A stretch of DNA of 64,000 nt, from the IMG/VR virus record IMGVR_UViG_3300031760_000044, positions 5,220 to 69,219 of that record, one strand, 5' to 3'. Every line of letters starts with the position of its first letter. Positions within the stretch are counted from its first letter, which is position 1. Made by a program: the position numbers and the translations under genes. The DNA comes from a virus. Lineage: Duplodnaviria; Caudoviricetes. Below are positions 16,931 through 28,144 of this stretch, one piece after another. The notes under the pieces are model-generated. The model did not search any database. It was not told the DNA's origin and saw nothing but the letters and a program-made list of their open reading frames with translations.

Positions 16931-17581
16931 ATGGGAATTGATGTTTCAAGACTTAAGGCAATGGCACCTAAGCCCACCAGATCTAACGTAACTGATAATG
17001 TAATCACTAAGGAGGACGCTACTATGTCACAGAATACCAACACCAACGCAACTGTAAACAACAATACCATGGAGGACAACACTATGAACAAGATCAATGC
17101 TAACGTAACTACTGGCAAGGCAACTGAGGGTGAGTTCGCAATCAGCTATCAGAGAGATGGCTATGGAGCTCTTGTTCCTATCATCGATGGAGTACCCCAC
17201 AAGGAACTCATGATGGGATATGTAAGTGAGCGTGATGCTCAGGCTGGAATTGAGTTGCTCGGCAAGGCACTTAAGGCAACCAACGGAGATATCCCTGCAG
17301 CGATGAGATACATGTACACCGCCGCAAGCGTTGCTGCGGCAGACATCAAGCCTACGGAAACCGTTGAAATTCCTGAGCTTGATGCAGAGTTCTTAATTGA
17401 TTACGAAAAGAAAGCCATCTACTACTATGATGACGAGAAAGCCAACCTTGATGATCTTGATACTACCAACTGGCCTAATGAAGCAATTAAGGCTATGCTT
17501 GTTACAAGAGCGAAAGAGAAGTGGGAGCAGGAAGAAGAAGGAGCTGATAATTTTCTTGATCTTCTTGCAGGATTAATGTAA
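16931..17581 (+). CDS. Hypothetical protein with an Asn/Thr-rich N-terminus and internal in-frame starts
   Basis: 216-aa ORF; additional GGAGG+ATG at 17024 and 17084. Confidence 0.6.
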   Translation: MGIDVSRLKAMAPKPTRSNVTDNVITKEDATMSQNTNTNATVNNNTMEDNTMNKINANVTTGKATEGEFAISYQRDGYGALVPIIDGVPHKELMMGYVSERDAQAGIELLGKALKATNGDIPAAMRYMYTAASVAAADIKPTETVEIPELDAEFLIDYEKKAIYYYDDEKANLDDLDTTNWPNEAIKAMLVTRAKEKWEQEEEGADNFLDLLAGLM

Positions 17582-17815
17582 TCACTAAGTTAACCAAGAG
17601 GGGCGGCATAAGCTGCCCCTCAGATTTAAAGGAGGTGTTATGTTTAAACGAAAGGTTAGTGTTATCATTAGATCCTTGAAAGAAAAGCAAAAAGAATACA
17701 AGGATCGATGGCAGAACGGAGACCCCTATGCAGAGTATTGTAAGGGAGTATATTTTGGATTACAGATAGCAATTGCTATGCTGTGCAAACAATATGATAT
17801 ATGGGAGGATTAATT

Positions 17816-19981
17816 ATGAACAACATCACAACCAACGTAACTGTAAATAATGCTAAGGAGGACAAAGTTATGAACAAAAGCGAAATCGTAAGACAGTATG
17901 TATCTGAGCACCCGACACCCGATCAGAACATCTGTCCTGAGATCGTTCAGTACTGGTCAAGCAAGAAGGACGGCATCATTAACCAGTCCAACCGCAGTAC
18001 CGTCCGTATTAAGAACGGAATTAAATACAGTATCAACGACAATAAGATCTACTATGCGGTGAGATCCTATAACTATGAGGGAGCATATATTAAGTGGATT
18101 CCCGAACTTAAGATGCTCGAGACTTCTCATGTCTATCTGAGTGGTGGCAGATTTATTGAAGGAGAGACAAGGGATTGGTGGTTTACGGGCCGTACCTTCG
18201 CATTCTTAGGAGACACTGTTGCCTATGATGCCAACGGACAACTTCTTAAGACATCCTATAGAGAAAACGGAGTGTATAAAGAGAAAGTGTCTGAAGGTAG
18301 ATACTACTGTCCTGAGTTTCTTAAGCAGCTTAAAAAGCTGGATCATAGTGGTTGTGTCAATAACAGCAACGCTGTTCGTGATCAGGTTAAAGCTATGGGT
18401 GGTAAGATTGACAAGGATATCTATTGGCATATGGGAACACTGATGGCTTTCTATAAAAATCAGTGGGTGTCTCGTGAGAAGTCAGAGCTGGCCAAGAAAG
18501 TAGACTCTTACGATTTGAGCGAAAACGGAGACTACAATCTGAATAGCGTACCTGACGGTTATGGTTACGCAGTCACTGTTCAGATTCTTGACAATGAATA
18601 TCTTTTATTCAGAAAGTTTTCCCACAGAGGCAGGGGGTATGACTATGCAACTCGCACCTGCAAAGAACATGTTTGGGAAGAGTTGCATAGAGTATTCATT
18701 GATAAGAAAGGTAAGCCTACTATAGTACAGAAGCGTTGGCGTGATCCCAAATGGAGGATAAGCACAGCTAGTATACATCTGTGGAATGATGAACGGCAGT
18801 ACGTATTTGGTGAGGAATTTATTTCCCAGTGGAAGCCCGTTATGTACTTAAAGGATCTGATTGACTTCAAGAATAATAATGCTCTTGAAGAGCTGGTGAA
18901 TACGCTCAGGCACCCTATTGTTGAGCAGCTTGCAAAAGCTGGCTATCCTAATCTGGCTAAAGAAATTACCTATGAAAATAAGATTGCTGGTAATTTAAAG
19001 AGCTACTTCAGGGTTGAAAGTGAAAGGAAGTTGCCCTTATATAAGTTGCTCGGAGTTAATAAGTGGCTTCTTAAAGCCCTTGAAGATGTACAGCCTAAGA
19101 GATACTATAATAGTCTTCGTCTCTTAACTGCCCGCAATATTAAGTTGCTGTACGGTACTGATGTCAGTAATCTCGACAAGGAAACTATTGACTTGTTAGT
19201 CAATGGATTAAAAGACTTGTCGTTCAATGACATCAAGGAAATCTGTGGCTATGACTCATGGGAGTACAGACATACCTACTGGATAGAAATCACTGATGAA
19301 ATGCGTAACTTTGTAATAAAGTTATTGCGCATGAGCAAGAAGTCAGGTCGGGATATGTGCAAAATGTATATCGATACAATGAGAGTGTATCAGAGAATAG
19401 AGAACAAGCCTGATGTAGACTTGCACAGATTTGAAGATGCACATGGGCTTGTGATTATTCATGATGCATTAGTAGCCATTCAGACAAGGGAATATGAAGA
19501 GCGTCAAGCACGGTGGGATGAAGAAAGACGCATGGCGCTGGAAGAAAAGAAGAAGAGATTTGAACGACTTCAGAAAGATCGCAAGGAACGCTTCAATGCG
19601 GAGAGTGATAAGTACATCATCCGCGTACCTGAAGAACTTGAAGAGATTACAAAAGAAGGTTGTGATCTTCATCATTGTGTAGGTGGTTATCTGGAAACCC
19701 ACGCAGTAGGTAACACAAACATCATCTTCTTAAGAAGGAAGGCAAGTCCCGACAGTTCATTCTATACGATAGAAGTTAATCCTAATAATGTCCTTGTTCA
19801 GATCCATGGCTCGCACAATAAGTGGCTCGGCAACGATCCCGAAGCAATACCCTTTGTCTACAAGTGGCTTAAAGATAGGGATATCAAGTTTGACAAGGGA
19901 ATATTATTGAACCTTGGTGCAGGATATGGCAGATCATGTGACCAGCTTGACGAAAGCTGGCTTACAAAAGAAGTAAGATAA
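17816..19981 (+). CDS. PcfJ-domain protein
   Basis: C-terminal IIRVPEELEEITKEGCDLHHCVGGY...IIFLRRK...FYTIEV...QIHG is the PcfJ pattern. Start at ATG 17816 behind GGAGG. Confidence 0.8.
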   Translation: MNNITTNVTVNNAKEDKVMNKSEIVRQYVSEHPTPDQNICPEIVQYWSSKKDGIINQSNRSTVRIKNGIKYSINDNKIYYAVRSYNYEGAYIKWIPELKMLETSHVYLSGGRFIEGETRDWWFTGRTFAFLGDTVAYDANGQLLKTSYRENGVYKEKVSEGRYYCPEFLKQLKKLDHSGCVNNSNAVRDQVKAMGGKIDKDIYWHMGTLMAFYKNQWVSREKSELAKKVDSYDLSENGDYNLNSVPDGYGYAVTVQILDNEYLLFRKFSHRGRGYDYATRTCKEHVWEELHRVFIDKKGKPTIVQKRWRDPKWRISTASIHLWNDERQYVFGEEFISQWKPVMYLKDLIDFKNNNALEELVNTLRHPIVEQLAKAGYPNLAKEITYENKIAGNLKSYFRVESERKLPLYKLLGVNKWLLKALEDVQPKRYYNSLRLLTARNIKLLYGTDVSNLDKETIDLLVNGLKDLSFNDIKEICGYDSWEYRHTYWIEITDEMRNFVIKLLRMSKKSGRDMCKMYIDTMRVYQRIENKPDVDLHRFEDAHGLVIIHDALVAIQTREYEERQARWDEERRMALEEKKKRFERLQKDRKERFNAESDKYIIRVPEELEEITKEGCDLHHCVGGYLETHAVGNTNIIFLRRKASPDSSFYTIEVNPNNVLVQIHGSHNKWLGNDPEAIPFVYKWLKDRDIKFDKGILLNLGAGYGRSCDQLDESWLTKEVR

Positions 19982-20122
19982 GCTTGACAAGATGATAAGT
20001 TCGTAGTAATCTTAAAACCAACAGAAGGGAGTTATCATGAACATTGAATTAAGAGCACCGCCGAAAGACAAACCGACAATTGAATATGGAACATATACAA
20101 CAAATTAAAGGAGATTATTATT

Positions 20123-20638
20123 ATGGCTAATAAGATTTATAAGAACGTTGCTGGAGTTACTAACATGGATAAGATTGATATGATCGCTAAGGTTAATGCT
20201 AGTATGATTCATATAGCTTGGAAGAGTGATCTTAGCGCCACATCTAAGATGAAGGCGTCTGCCAAGAAGGAAGGAATTAAAATCGTCAAGGTAAGTTCTA
20301 CTGCCTTAGCACTGGATATCCCGTATGAGCACAGTAAGGAATACGACAAGCATGAACACACTGGTAACTGGCAGGAGCGTGTACAGTGTGCGGCTAAGGG
20401 AATCGTCAAGCATAAGACAACTGGCAAGTTGTATGTGCAGGGATATCCCCAGAAGAGCAAGAAAGATGGATCGCTTCTCAATCCGATTAGAACTAAGTAC
20501 TACTTGAACGGAAAGGAAGTTAGCAAGGAAGAGGTTGAGCCCTACCTCAACAAGAGTTCTCACGGTGAACTCGGAATGCTGACCATTCCTCTTGATAACG
20601 TCTTTGAGCTTGGCAAGGTTGAAGAAGACGAGATGTGA
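20123..20638 (+). CDS. Hypothetical phage protein
   Basis: 171 aa with strong RBS and highly biased codon usage. Confidence 0.6.
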   Translation: MANKIYKNVAGVTNMDKIDMIAKVNASMIHIAWKSDLSATSKMKASAKKEGIKIVKVSSTALALDIPYEHSKEYDKHEHTGNWQERVQCAAKGIVKHKTTGKLYVQGYPQKSKKDGSLLNPIRTKYYLNGKEVSKEEVEPYLNKSSHGELGMLTIPLDNVFELGKVEEDEM

Positions 20639-20747
20639 GTTATACAAAGGGCGGTGTAACAGCCGCCCTAGTATAAATACAATTGAATATTGATGACAAC
20701 TGAATATGGAACAACTAATTTATTAAACGCCTAAGGAGGACAAATTT

Positions 20748-21770
20748 ATGTCACAGATTATTTCTTTCAACAACTACGCAGCAACCACCAACAGCAACAT
20801 CGTAATCCCCAACGTAACCGCTCAGTCAGAAGTGCTTGACTCTACACCGAAGGCGCACATTAATCCTTTTGAGAACAGAAGAGTTCCTTGGTCTGGTATC
20901 GGAAATGATATCCGCTCTGCATCTTGTGTAGATGAGGCTATTGCAATGTCGGGTCTTAACTGGGAGCTTGGTCTTGGTAAGGTTTATGATGAAGCTGGAC
21001 ATGTTATTCCTCACTTCAATGCAATAACCCGTGCTGATACTGGTAAGGTATTTGGTATTACAAAAGATAAGTACAAGCCAGTACAGAACGCAGATGCGTT
21101 TGGGTTTGCAGATATCCTCCTTACTCAAGGGGCTACCTTTGAGAAGGGAGGTTGTTATAAGGGAGGAGAAAAGATTTGGTTCCTCATGAAGTTACCTAGT
21201 AGATCATATGCTGGTGATCAGCACGACTTGTACATGTTCTTAATGAATGGTAACAACGGAAAGCAGTCACTCTTTGCTGCTTTCACTACCATAAGAGCTA
21301 TGTGCTGCAACATGGCTCATCTTGTAAGTAAGCATGCTACCTACAAGGTAAGCATACAGCATAGAGGTAACATCGAAGGCAAGATGCTTGAGGCTCAGGA
21401 AGTAATGGCTGGTGCAACTGCATACTTCGATGGACTTGCTCACACCATGGATGAACTGAGAAACATCAACCTCACTCGTGCTGAGATGGGCAAGATAATC
21501 GAAGGCCTCTTCCCTTATGCAGAAGATGCTACCGATAGAGTTAAGAGAACGGCAACTGAGAAGAGAAATCAGCTGATCAATATTCTCTACAACGCTCCCG
21601 ATCTTCAGAATGAAGGAATGAATGGACTCAGGTTAGTACATGCACTTACCGACTGGGAGTCACATGCAGAGCCTGCAAGACATCCTGAGGGATTTGCAGA
21701 GAACAGACTGATGAACCTTGCAGAGAAGCCTATGCTTGCAGACAAGGTAGTTGAGATTCTCACCGCTTAA
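20748..21770 (+). CDS. DUF932/DUF945-family phage/plasmid protein
   Basis: PWSGIG...AIAMSGLNW, YKPVQNADAF, RAMCCN, KVSIQHRG motifs. Confidence 0.8.
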   Translation: MSQIISFNNYAATTNSNIVIPNVTAQSEVLDSTPKAHINPFENRRVPWSGIGNDIRSASCVDEAIAMSGLNWELGLGKVYDEAGHVIPHFNAITRADTGKVFGITKDKYKPVQNADAFGFADILLTQGATFEKGGCYKGGEKIWFLMKLPSRSYAGDQHDLYMFLMNGNNGKQSLFAAFTTIRAMCCNMAHLVSKHATYKVSIQHRGNIEGKMLEAQEVMAGATAYFDGLAHTMDELRNINLTRAEMGKIIEGLFPYAEDATDRVKRTATEKRNQLINILYNAPDLQNEGMNGLRLVHALTDWESHAEPARHPEGFAENRLMNLAEKPMLADKVVEILTA

Positions 21771-22315
21771 TCACTAGTAACCAAGAGGGTGGGCATAGTG
21801 CTCACCCTTATTTAAAAGGAGGATATTAATATGGCTGGAAAGAAAAAGAATTATTGGTATGTAATCGTAATGACGGGAGATGGCCCCGTATTTGTTACAA
21901 AGGTTAACCATTCAGATAAAACAGCTGAGTGGCATAAGGATGAAAAGCCCCTTGAAATGGGAGAGTTTATGGCAAAGGATTTGGCAATGGGACTGATGTG
22001 CAACTTAACATCAGCGTATGCCGTATGCAATTTCTACGAACTCGACCATCAGCCCTATCTCTATAACAATGGACACTTTAAGTGGGAATCAAATGAAAAG
22101 GAGGATTGATTATGGAAGACGCTAAGAAAATGTTTCATCGTATTTATCCCGAAGGGATCATCACCAATGCCGAAGAAATAAATGGCAAGTATGTATTTGA
22201 GGTTGCATTTTCTGATGGTATCTATTATCATGTGGTTACAGATGATACTATCTCTAGAGCCTATGATGACTACTTTAGAGCAATAAGCGCTGCAACAAGA
22301 TAAGGAGGAAACGAA

Positions 22316-22669
22316 ATGAAAGCTTACAAATTAATGCGCATGAAGAAGGATGGAAAGGTGTATCCGCTGTTCATCGACAAGACTACTCCGACAAAGTTCG
22401 GAGAGTGGTTGGAAGCAGAGTGTCACCCTACTAAAGGATTTGCAGTCCGCAAAGGATGGCATTGTTGCTTCACACCTAATGCACCACACTTAAAGGAATC
22501 CCTTGCCTCTGGAGAACAGAGAGTGTGGGTCGAAGTTGAGGTTGAGGACTACACCACCTATGATCGTCCCGAAAGTCAGGGAGGCAAATGGATCCTTGCT
22601 AACAGAATGAAAGCGATCCGCACTATCACAATGGAAGAAGCAGCTGAGATAAGAAAAGGAGGAAACTAA
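22316..22669 (+). CDS. Hypothetical phage protein
   Basis: 117 aa with RBS; conserved-looking GWHC...PHL...RVWVEVEV...SQGGKW. Confidence 0.55.
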   Translation: MKAYKLMRMKKDGKVYPLFIDKTTPTKFGEWLEAECHPTKGFAVRKGWHCCFTPNAPHLKESLASGEQRVWVEVEVEDYTTYDRPESQGGKWILANRMKAIRTITMEEAAEIRKGGN

Positions 22670-22935
22670 TATGAAGAGACTTATCGCTTACATGAACGGA
22701 ACACTTACTAACCCTAAGGCAGGAATGCCGATTATGTTCGTGTCTAAAACGTACCGAGTGTACCACTGGACAGCTCCTAACTGTTCCGACTCTAAGTGGC
22801 ACGATCATGCCACCTATGAGGGAGCTAAGGAAGAGGCTGCCGACTGGGAAACAAGGGGCTACCATGTTAGTGTCGTAGTTCCCGCCACCCACAAAATGTA
22901 AAGGAGGAATCATGGAAATAAGGCCGCCGCCGTAC

Positions 22936-22964
22936 TTGACAGATTTATAAGTTAACTGTAAACT
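22936..22964 (+). promoter_or_regulatory. Sigma-A-type promoter
   Basis: TTGACA-N17-TAAACT with TG extension. Confidence 0.65.
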
Positions 22965-23462
22965 AAACACATAAGGAGAAAAATTATGAGACAGAATGGA
23001 ACTATTGAAGTGTTATTTGAAGCTGTTACTTGCCCGACTATCCAGACGGTTGTTGATGTCGTCAAGAAGGAACTTGAAAACAAGAGATACTTTACTGATA
23101 TTAATATTAGTATCCTTGATGGTATCTTAGAAGGTTACTTTAAGGTGGAAATGAACTTATGTTATGAGGCAGATTATGTCAGGGGATGTGCTGGAGACTA
23201 TGATAGTCCCGCCGTTGCTGACTCTTTCGACACCTTGACAGAAGAGCAGATTACTGATACCATAAATAAGATCGCAGCAAAAGTAAATGGTCTTAATATT
23301 GATGAAGTCTTTCTGGATATAGATACCGAAGAAACCCTACTTGACAGAATGGAAGAGGAGGAATATGAAGCGTATGAAGATGCGGAAGAGTTAAGGGGCG
23401 AGCAGTGGCGTGACGAACAGAGAGACGGAAGCTATATGTATTGATTAAGGAGGAAAAATCTT

Positions 23463-24131
23463 ATGAATAACAACACTCAGGTAGTATCAGCAGCAAAGTT
23501 CACAAAGGAAACTGGTATCAAGATCAGCAAGCTTTCAGGCAAGATGGAGAACGTAAGGGCGATCAGTACTTATGCTGGCGATAATCCTAGCTGTATGGCA
23601 CTGATGAAGTGTCCTGAAAATGTATGCAGCCACTGTTATGCATACAAGCAAGTTGAGTCTGGTGTTTATCCTGATCAGCGTAAGTGTCTTGAGCGTAATG
23701 GAAAGGCACTGTCAGGATCACTGCTTAAGATTGTTCCCGACTTAAGCAAGCTTAAGAATCACGCGATCTTCCGCTTTGAGTCACACGGCGATGTGATCAA
23801 TGAGACCAACGCCCGTAACTATATCAGGATCGCAGCTGCTAATCCTGAAACAAAGTTCGCAGCTTTCACAAAGCGTCCACTTATCTGGAAGGCAGCGATC
23901 GAAAAGGAGGGCAAGCCCGCCAACCTGAATCTTGTGTACAGCAGCCCTCAGGTTAATAAGTCGGTAACAAACATAAAGGAGAAGTTTCCCTTCTTCGATG
24001 TAGTGTTTACCGTATACGAAAAGGAACACGGGATTGGCACTGATGTTCCTTGCCAGTGCGGCCCTGAGTCCTGCAATAAGTGTCGCTTCTGCTACACAAA
24101 GCAGGGATGTGTCGGCGAGATATTAAGATAA
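23463..24131 (+). CDS. Gp88-like phage protein (radical-SAM-like Cys cluster)
   Basis: C-x-...CSHCYA, FRFESHGD, FAAFTKR and C-terminal CQCGPESCNKCRFC. Confidence 0.65.
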   Translation: MNNNTQVVSAAKFTKETGIKISKLSGKMENVRAISTYAGDNPSCMALMKCPENVCSHCYAYKQVESGVYPDQRKCLERNGKALSGSLLKIVPDLSKLKNHAIFRFESHGDVINETNARNYIRIAAANPETKFAAFTKRPLIWKAAIEKEGKPANLNLVYSSPQVNKSVTNIKEKFPFFDVVFTVYEKEHGIGTDVPCQCGPESCNKCRFCYTKQGCVGEILR

Positions 24132-24631
24132 TAACAAACTTAAGGGGGGGGCGGCAATAACGCTGCCCCCTTTTAAAATAAGGAGGAATAATATGGGTAA
24201 AATACTATCGGACATTACAGTAAGGCAGATTAGAATCCTTGAGAAAAAGATTGAACCGTACACAAAGAAAGGATGGATGGTCGAAGGCAGCGATGCAATT
24301 GACGGAGCCATTTCAATCTTCTTCAACAATGACACCGACGAGTGTTTCTTTGTTGGTGAAAACGGAGAAGTGATCCAACCCACATTAAATGTAACGCCAA
24401 CATACGCGGCCGCGCTTATGGCCAGAATAGAATCTAAAATTAATAAACTTGTAAAGGAGGATTAAACTTATGACTATGGAAGAAGCAAAAGATATTTTAT
24501 GGGAGAGCACACCCGCCGATGTTATTCTTGATACCTATCAGACTGGATCCTATGTCGAATTTACTTGTAGGGCGGGCGGCGATGTATGCGTATACCGCGT
24601 GTATAATAATGGAACCATAACGGAAAGATAG

Positions 24632-24660
24632 TTGACAAAATTAAATATCGATGTTACTAT
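24632..24660 (+). promoter_or_regulatory. Sigma-A-type promoter
   Basis: TTGACA-N17-TACTAT. Confidence 0.7.
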
Positions 24661-25603
24661 TAAAAGGCTCAAATAGAGCCACTATTTAAATGGAGGAATA
24701 AGTTTATGACATACGAAGTAATTCTTGTAAACAAACATTATTACAGCGCAACGATTGAAGCAGCAAATAAGGAAGAAGCAGAAGAGAAGGCAGAAGAGTT
24801 ACTGTGCGAACTTGGTACTGGACTTAAAGCGTACGACGGTGAATCTTATGTTGATATAATAACGGAGGTGTAAGTATGAGATATCATATGACAGATTTTT
24901 ATTCATGGGAGTGTCCGATAATAGAACAACTTCGTCACGAAGGTAAATTTGTCTATACCTTAATCGATGTAGGCGGAGACGATTATGTTATCAGGCGCTG
25001 GGGCATCTGTAATAGATTTGGTTATCTGGTTACTGACGTGGATATTCTCGAAGGAATAGACGAATTAGATGGTTACGATTTTGAAAACCTTGACGGTGAG
25101 GATGACTTCACTATTATCCGTCCTATAAAAGATGTATCCTCAAGGGTAGAGGAACTACGTAAGAAAGGGAGATATAATTATGAGATACACAATTAGGGTT
25201 CAGTACAATGATGGTACAATTATTGGCTGGATCACTGATGATTATTCTTTAGTTAAGTTTATTCTCTACACAGAGAACAAGCGTTACGGTAAACAAATCA
25301 AAAGGTTAATTCTGAAAGGAGAGCACGTATGAATATCTATCAACTTTGTGACGAAATAAGAGAAATGCTGCGCAACAATAGTCTATGGTGTGATGAGGTG
25401 TGGCCGATAGACGACGAGAATAGAATATGTGTTGACATCCAGTGGGGAGACTGGAAGCATGAACACCTTCGCTGCGACTTTTTAGTTGGTGATTATCTTA
25501 ATAGCAAAGGGATCCACTTCGATCATAGAGAAGTAATTACTGAAGAAGATGGCAGCGACTGTTATTCGGCAAGTCACTATTATAAACTAAGGGAGGTGAG
25601 TTA

Positions 25604-25807
25604 ATGGGCGGCAGAATGCATAACGGTACATATAGTGTAAGGGAGTTTAAACGATTACTGTTGGACAATGGCTTTGTATGTGAGCGCCAGACTGGTAGCC
25701 ACATAATATATAAGAGAGGCAGCGAGACACTATCAATGCCTAGTCATAAACCCAGTCAAACTTGTTTGTATGATTTGATCAAACAATATAATTTGAAAGT
25801 GAGGTAA
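25604..25807 (+). CDS. hicA: HicA-family toxin-like protein with no adjacent HicB
   Basis: REFKRLLLDNGFVCERQTGSHIIYKR...LSMPSH matches the HicA pattern (GF..R..GSH..Y...P.H). Confidence 0.75.
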   Translation: MGGRMHNGTYSVREFKRLLLDNGFVCERQTGSHIIYKRGSETLSMPSHKPSQTCLYDLIKQYNLKVR

Positions 25808-26420
25808 ACAAAGTGAAACATTACACAGAGGACGACTACTTATCAATAGTGGATCTCAAAGGAATGCCGATAGGCACACGTATACTGGGCACTAACACTT
25901 ATTATTCTGCAACGAAAGTAAGTGAGGACGGCTGGAACCTCGATGATCGTATTGATACATTCCGTAACTGTTCAGATAGGTTTATTGCAAACACATTTGA
26001 ATATACAGAGTTTGATGTAATGTAAAGAGGAGGTGTGTAATATGAGTTACATAACAGAGAACACAATAGTAATTAAACCTGATGCCGAAGAAAGAGTTGT
26101 GAACGATCTTAAGGAATACGGTTGTTCTGGCATTAATAGTGTGTGGCGCAATGATAAGATGGTCATAATCTTGTTCGACAATAACGGTGACAACCCTTGG
26201 GATATAGAGGGCACAATTAATCTTCAAGCCGACTGGGAGGACTTCTATGTGATAGAAACTAACTACGGCGATGACGATGGTTATTGGACTCAGGTATTTG
26301 TGGACGGCCAGTGTGTACCTTATGACGGTGATGCACTTGACTGGCTGTGTGATAACTTAGATCTCAGTGAGTACTATACAGTAAAGGATTTAATAGCATA
26401 TAATATTTAAATATTTGTGC

Positions 26421-26449
26421 TTGACAAAACAACAATATCCACTTACAAT
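26421..26449 (+). promoter_or_regulatory. Sigma-A-type promoter followed by the AATTGCGTAAGAAA motif
   Basis: TTGACA-N17-TACAAT; motif at 26452. Confidence 0.7.
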
Positions 26450-26792
26450 ACAATTGCGTAAGAAAATTAAGGAGGAATTAATTATGAGAGTAAAACATTT
26501 TTCAGGATACGGCAGCGTAAATGTTAAGAAGGTAACCAGAGCAGAGCAGCCCAACAATAGAGTATATCTTCATCTTCAGGTGCGCGGCCTTCATGAGCGC
26601 GGGATCTGCAGAGAAGACAAGTACGATGTTGTACGCTGGATCGGAACCAGATGTGACAAAGCTCTGACTGACTACCGCCAGATCACGGACATGCGAGTAG
26701 AAGAAGAATGGGACGAAGTTAACCGCGAGGATATTTGTGACTACTATATTAACTACATAAAAAATCCCGCCTGATAAATTAATACGGAGGTA

Positions 26793-27440
26793 ATGAATAT
26801 GGGACAATATTACATGGTAACAATCTTAAGGAACGGAAAGGCAAAGTATTACAACAGATATGTTAAGCCTGACAAGAAGGGGCTGGAGCATTTGGAAGAG
26901 TGGAATCGCGAAGAGGTTCAGCAAAAAGGGTGTTACTATACTATGGCCAAGCTTATGGAGCATAGTTATGTTGATAACCAATTTGTTGATGCGATCACCG
27001 AAGAGCTGATTAAGAATGGATCGGCTCAGATAGCATGGGTAGGAGATTACGCAGAGCTTCCTAAGGAATATAAGAAATATAATCCATGGAAAAGAAATGG
27101 TCGTATAATCAAATACACCACGCCCGCTGCTGACCATGTTCTCTCTGGTAAGTACATCGTCAACTTAACTAAGAAGCAGTATATTAATTTTGACGAGTAC
27201 TATAAGGCAAATCAGTGGAAAGAAACATGGACTGATAGTGATGGTAACAATCATGAATCGATCTGGTGCATACATCCACTGCCCATTCTTACTGCATGCG
27301 GAAACGGTCTAGGAGGTGGTGACTATCGCGGATCCTGCATGGGAATCGTGGGTGCATGGGCTTTTGATGAAATTAAGATCGTTGATCGTAAGCCCAGCCC
27401 TAAGTATCATCAGATTAATCCTATGCTAACAGAAAGGTAG
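26793..27440 (+). CDS. Hypothetical phage protein
   Basis: 215 aa; MGQYY, KLMEHSY, WVGDYA, IHPLPILT...GNGLGGGDY. Confidence 0.6.
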   Translation: MNMGQYYMVTILRNGKAKYYNRYVKPDKKGLEHLEEWNREEVQQKGCYYTMAKLMEHSYVDNQFVDAITEELIKNGSAQIAWVGDYAELPKEYKKYNPWKRNGRIIKYTTPAADHVLSGKYIVNLTKKQYINFDEYYKANQWKETWTDSDGNNHESIWCIHPLPILTACGNGLGGGDYRGSCMGIVGAWAFDEIKIVDRKPSPKYHQINPMLTER

Positions 27441-27469
27441 TTGACAAAATAACTAAGTAATGATATAGT
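27441..27469 (+). promoter_or_regulatory. Sigma-A-type promoter followed by the AATTGCGTAAGAAA motif
   Basis: TTGACA-N17-TATAGT; motif at 27471. Confidence 0.7.
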
Positions 27470-27568
27470 GAATTGCGTAAGAAAAAGGAGGGCTTAATGT
27501 GTCAAACACGACCACCGCCGTAAGTAAATAAGATAACAGTAAACTTAAATTAAAAAGGAGAGTTAACT

Positions 27569-28144
27569 ATGGGACTTGACCAGTATGTATATAGAATGAA
27601 GAAGATAGGCAAGGCAACTGCAAAGCAGCTTGAAGGCAAGAATACCGCCGATATTGACTGCCATAAGTTTGTGGTAATGGATCAGGACTACGTGGATAAA
27701 CACCCTGAAATGTTCTCTGATATAAAGGATATCTTAACGCCCGTTACGGTAATTGATACCACAATAGACATAGAGCGTATCAAGAAAGACCACAATGTGC
27801 CTGAACATTGGTGCATATATATGAGAAGCTTTATGGGTGGCGGAGTAACGTACGGATTTTCTGGTGACGGAAAAGCTGTCTCGGTCTCTTTAGATGACGA
27901 CAAACTTAAACAGTATCTGCTCGAAGAGGAAACGCCTTCTTATGTTTGTTATATGACAGAAGTATATTACATGCGTAAGCATTATGAAACGCAGGATGCA
28001 ATGTACGATTTGTACGACGGCGACATACAGAACTGTGGGTACCATCATATGTCGCAGGAAATGATCGAAGCTCTGAATGATCTGGAAGGTAAGAAAGTAC
28101 TTGACGAAAATGCAACTAACTTGTATTATTATGAGTGGTATTAA
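27569..28144 (+). CDS. Hypothetical phage protein (MGLDQY... type)
   Basis: 191 aa with RBS. Confidence 0.6.
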   Translation: MGLDQYVYRMKKIGKATAKQLEGKNTADIDCHKFVVMDQDYVDKHPEMFSDIKDILTPVTVIDTTIDIERIKKDHNVPEHWCIYMRSFMGGGVTYGFSGDGKAVSVSLDDDKLKQYLLEEETPSYVCYMTEVYYMRKHYETQDAMYDLYDGDIQNCGYHHMSQEMIEALNDLEGKKVLDENATNLYYYEWY

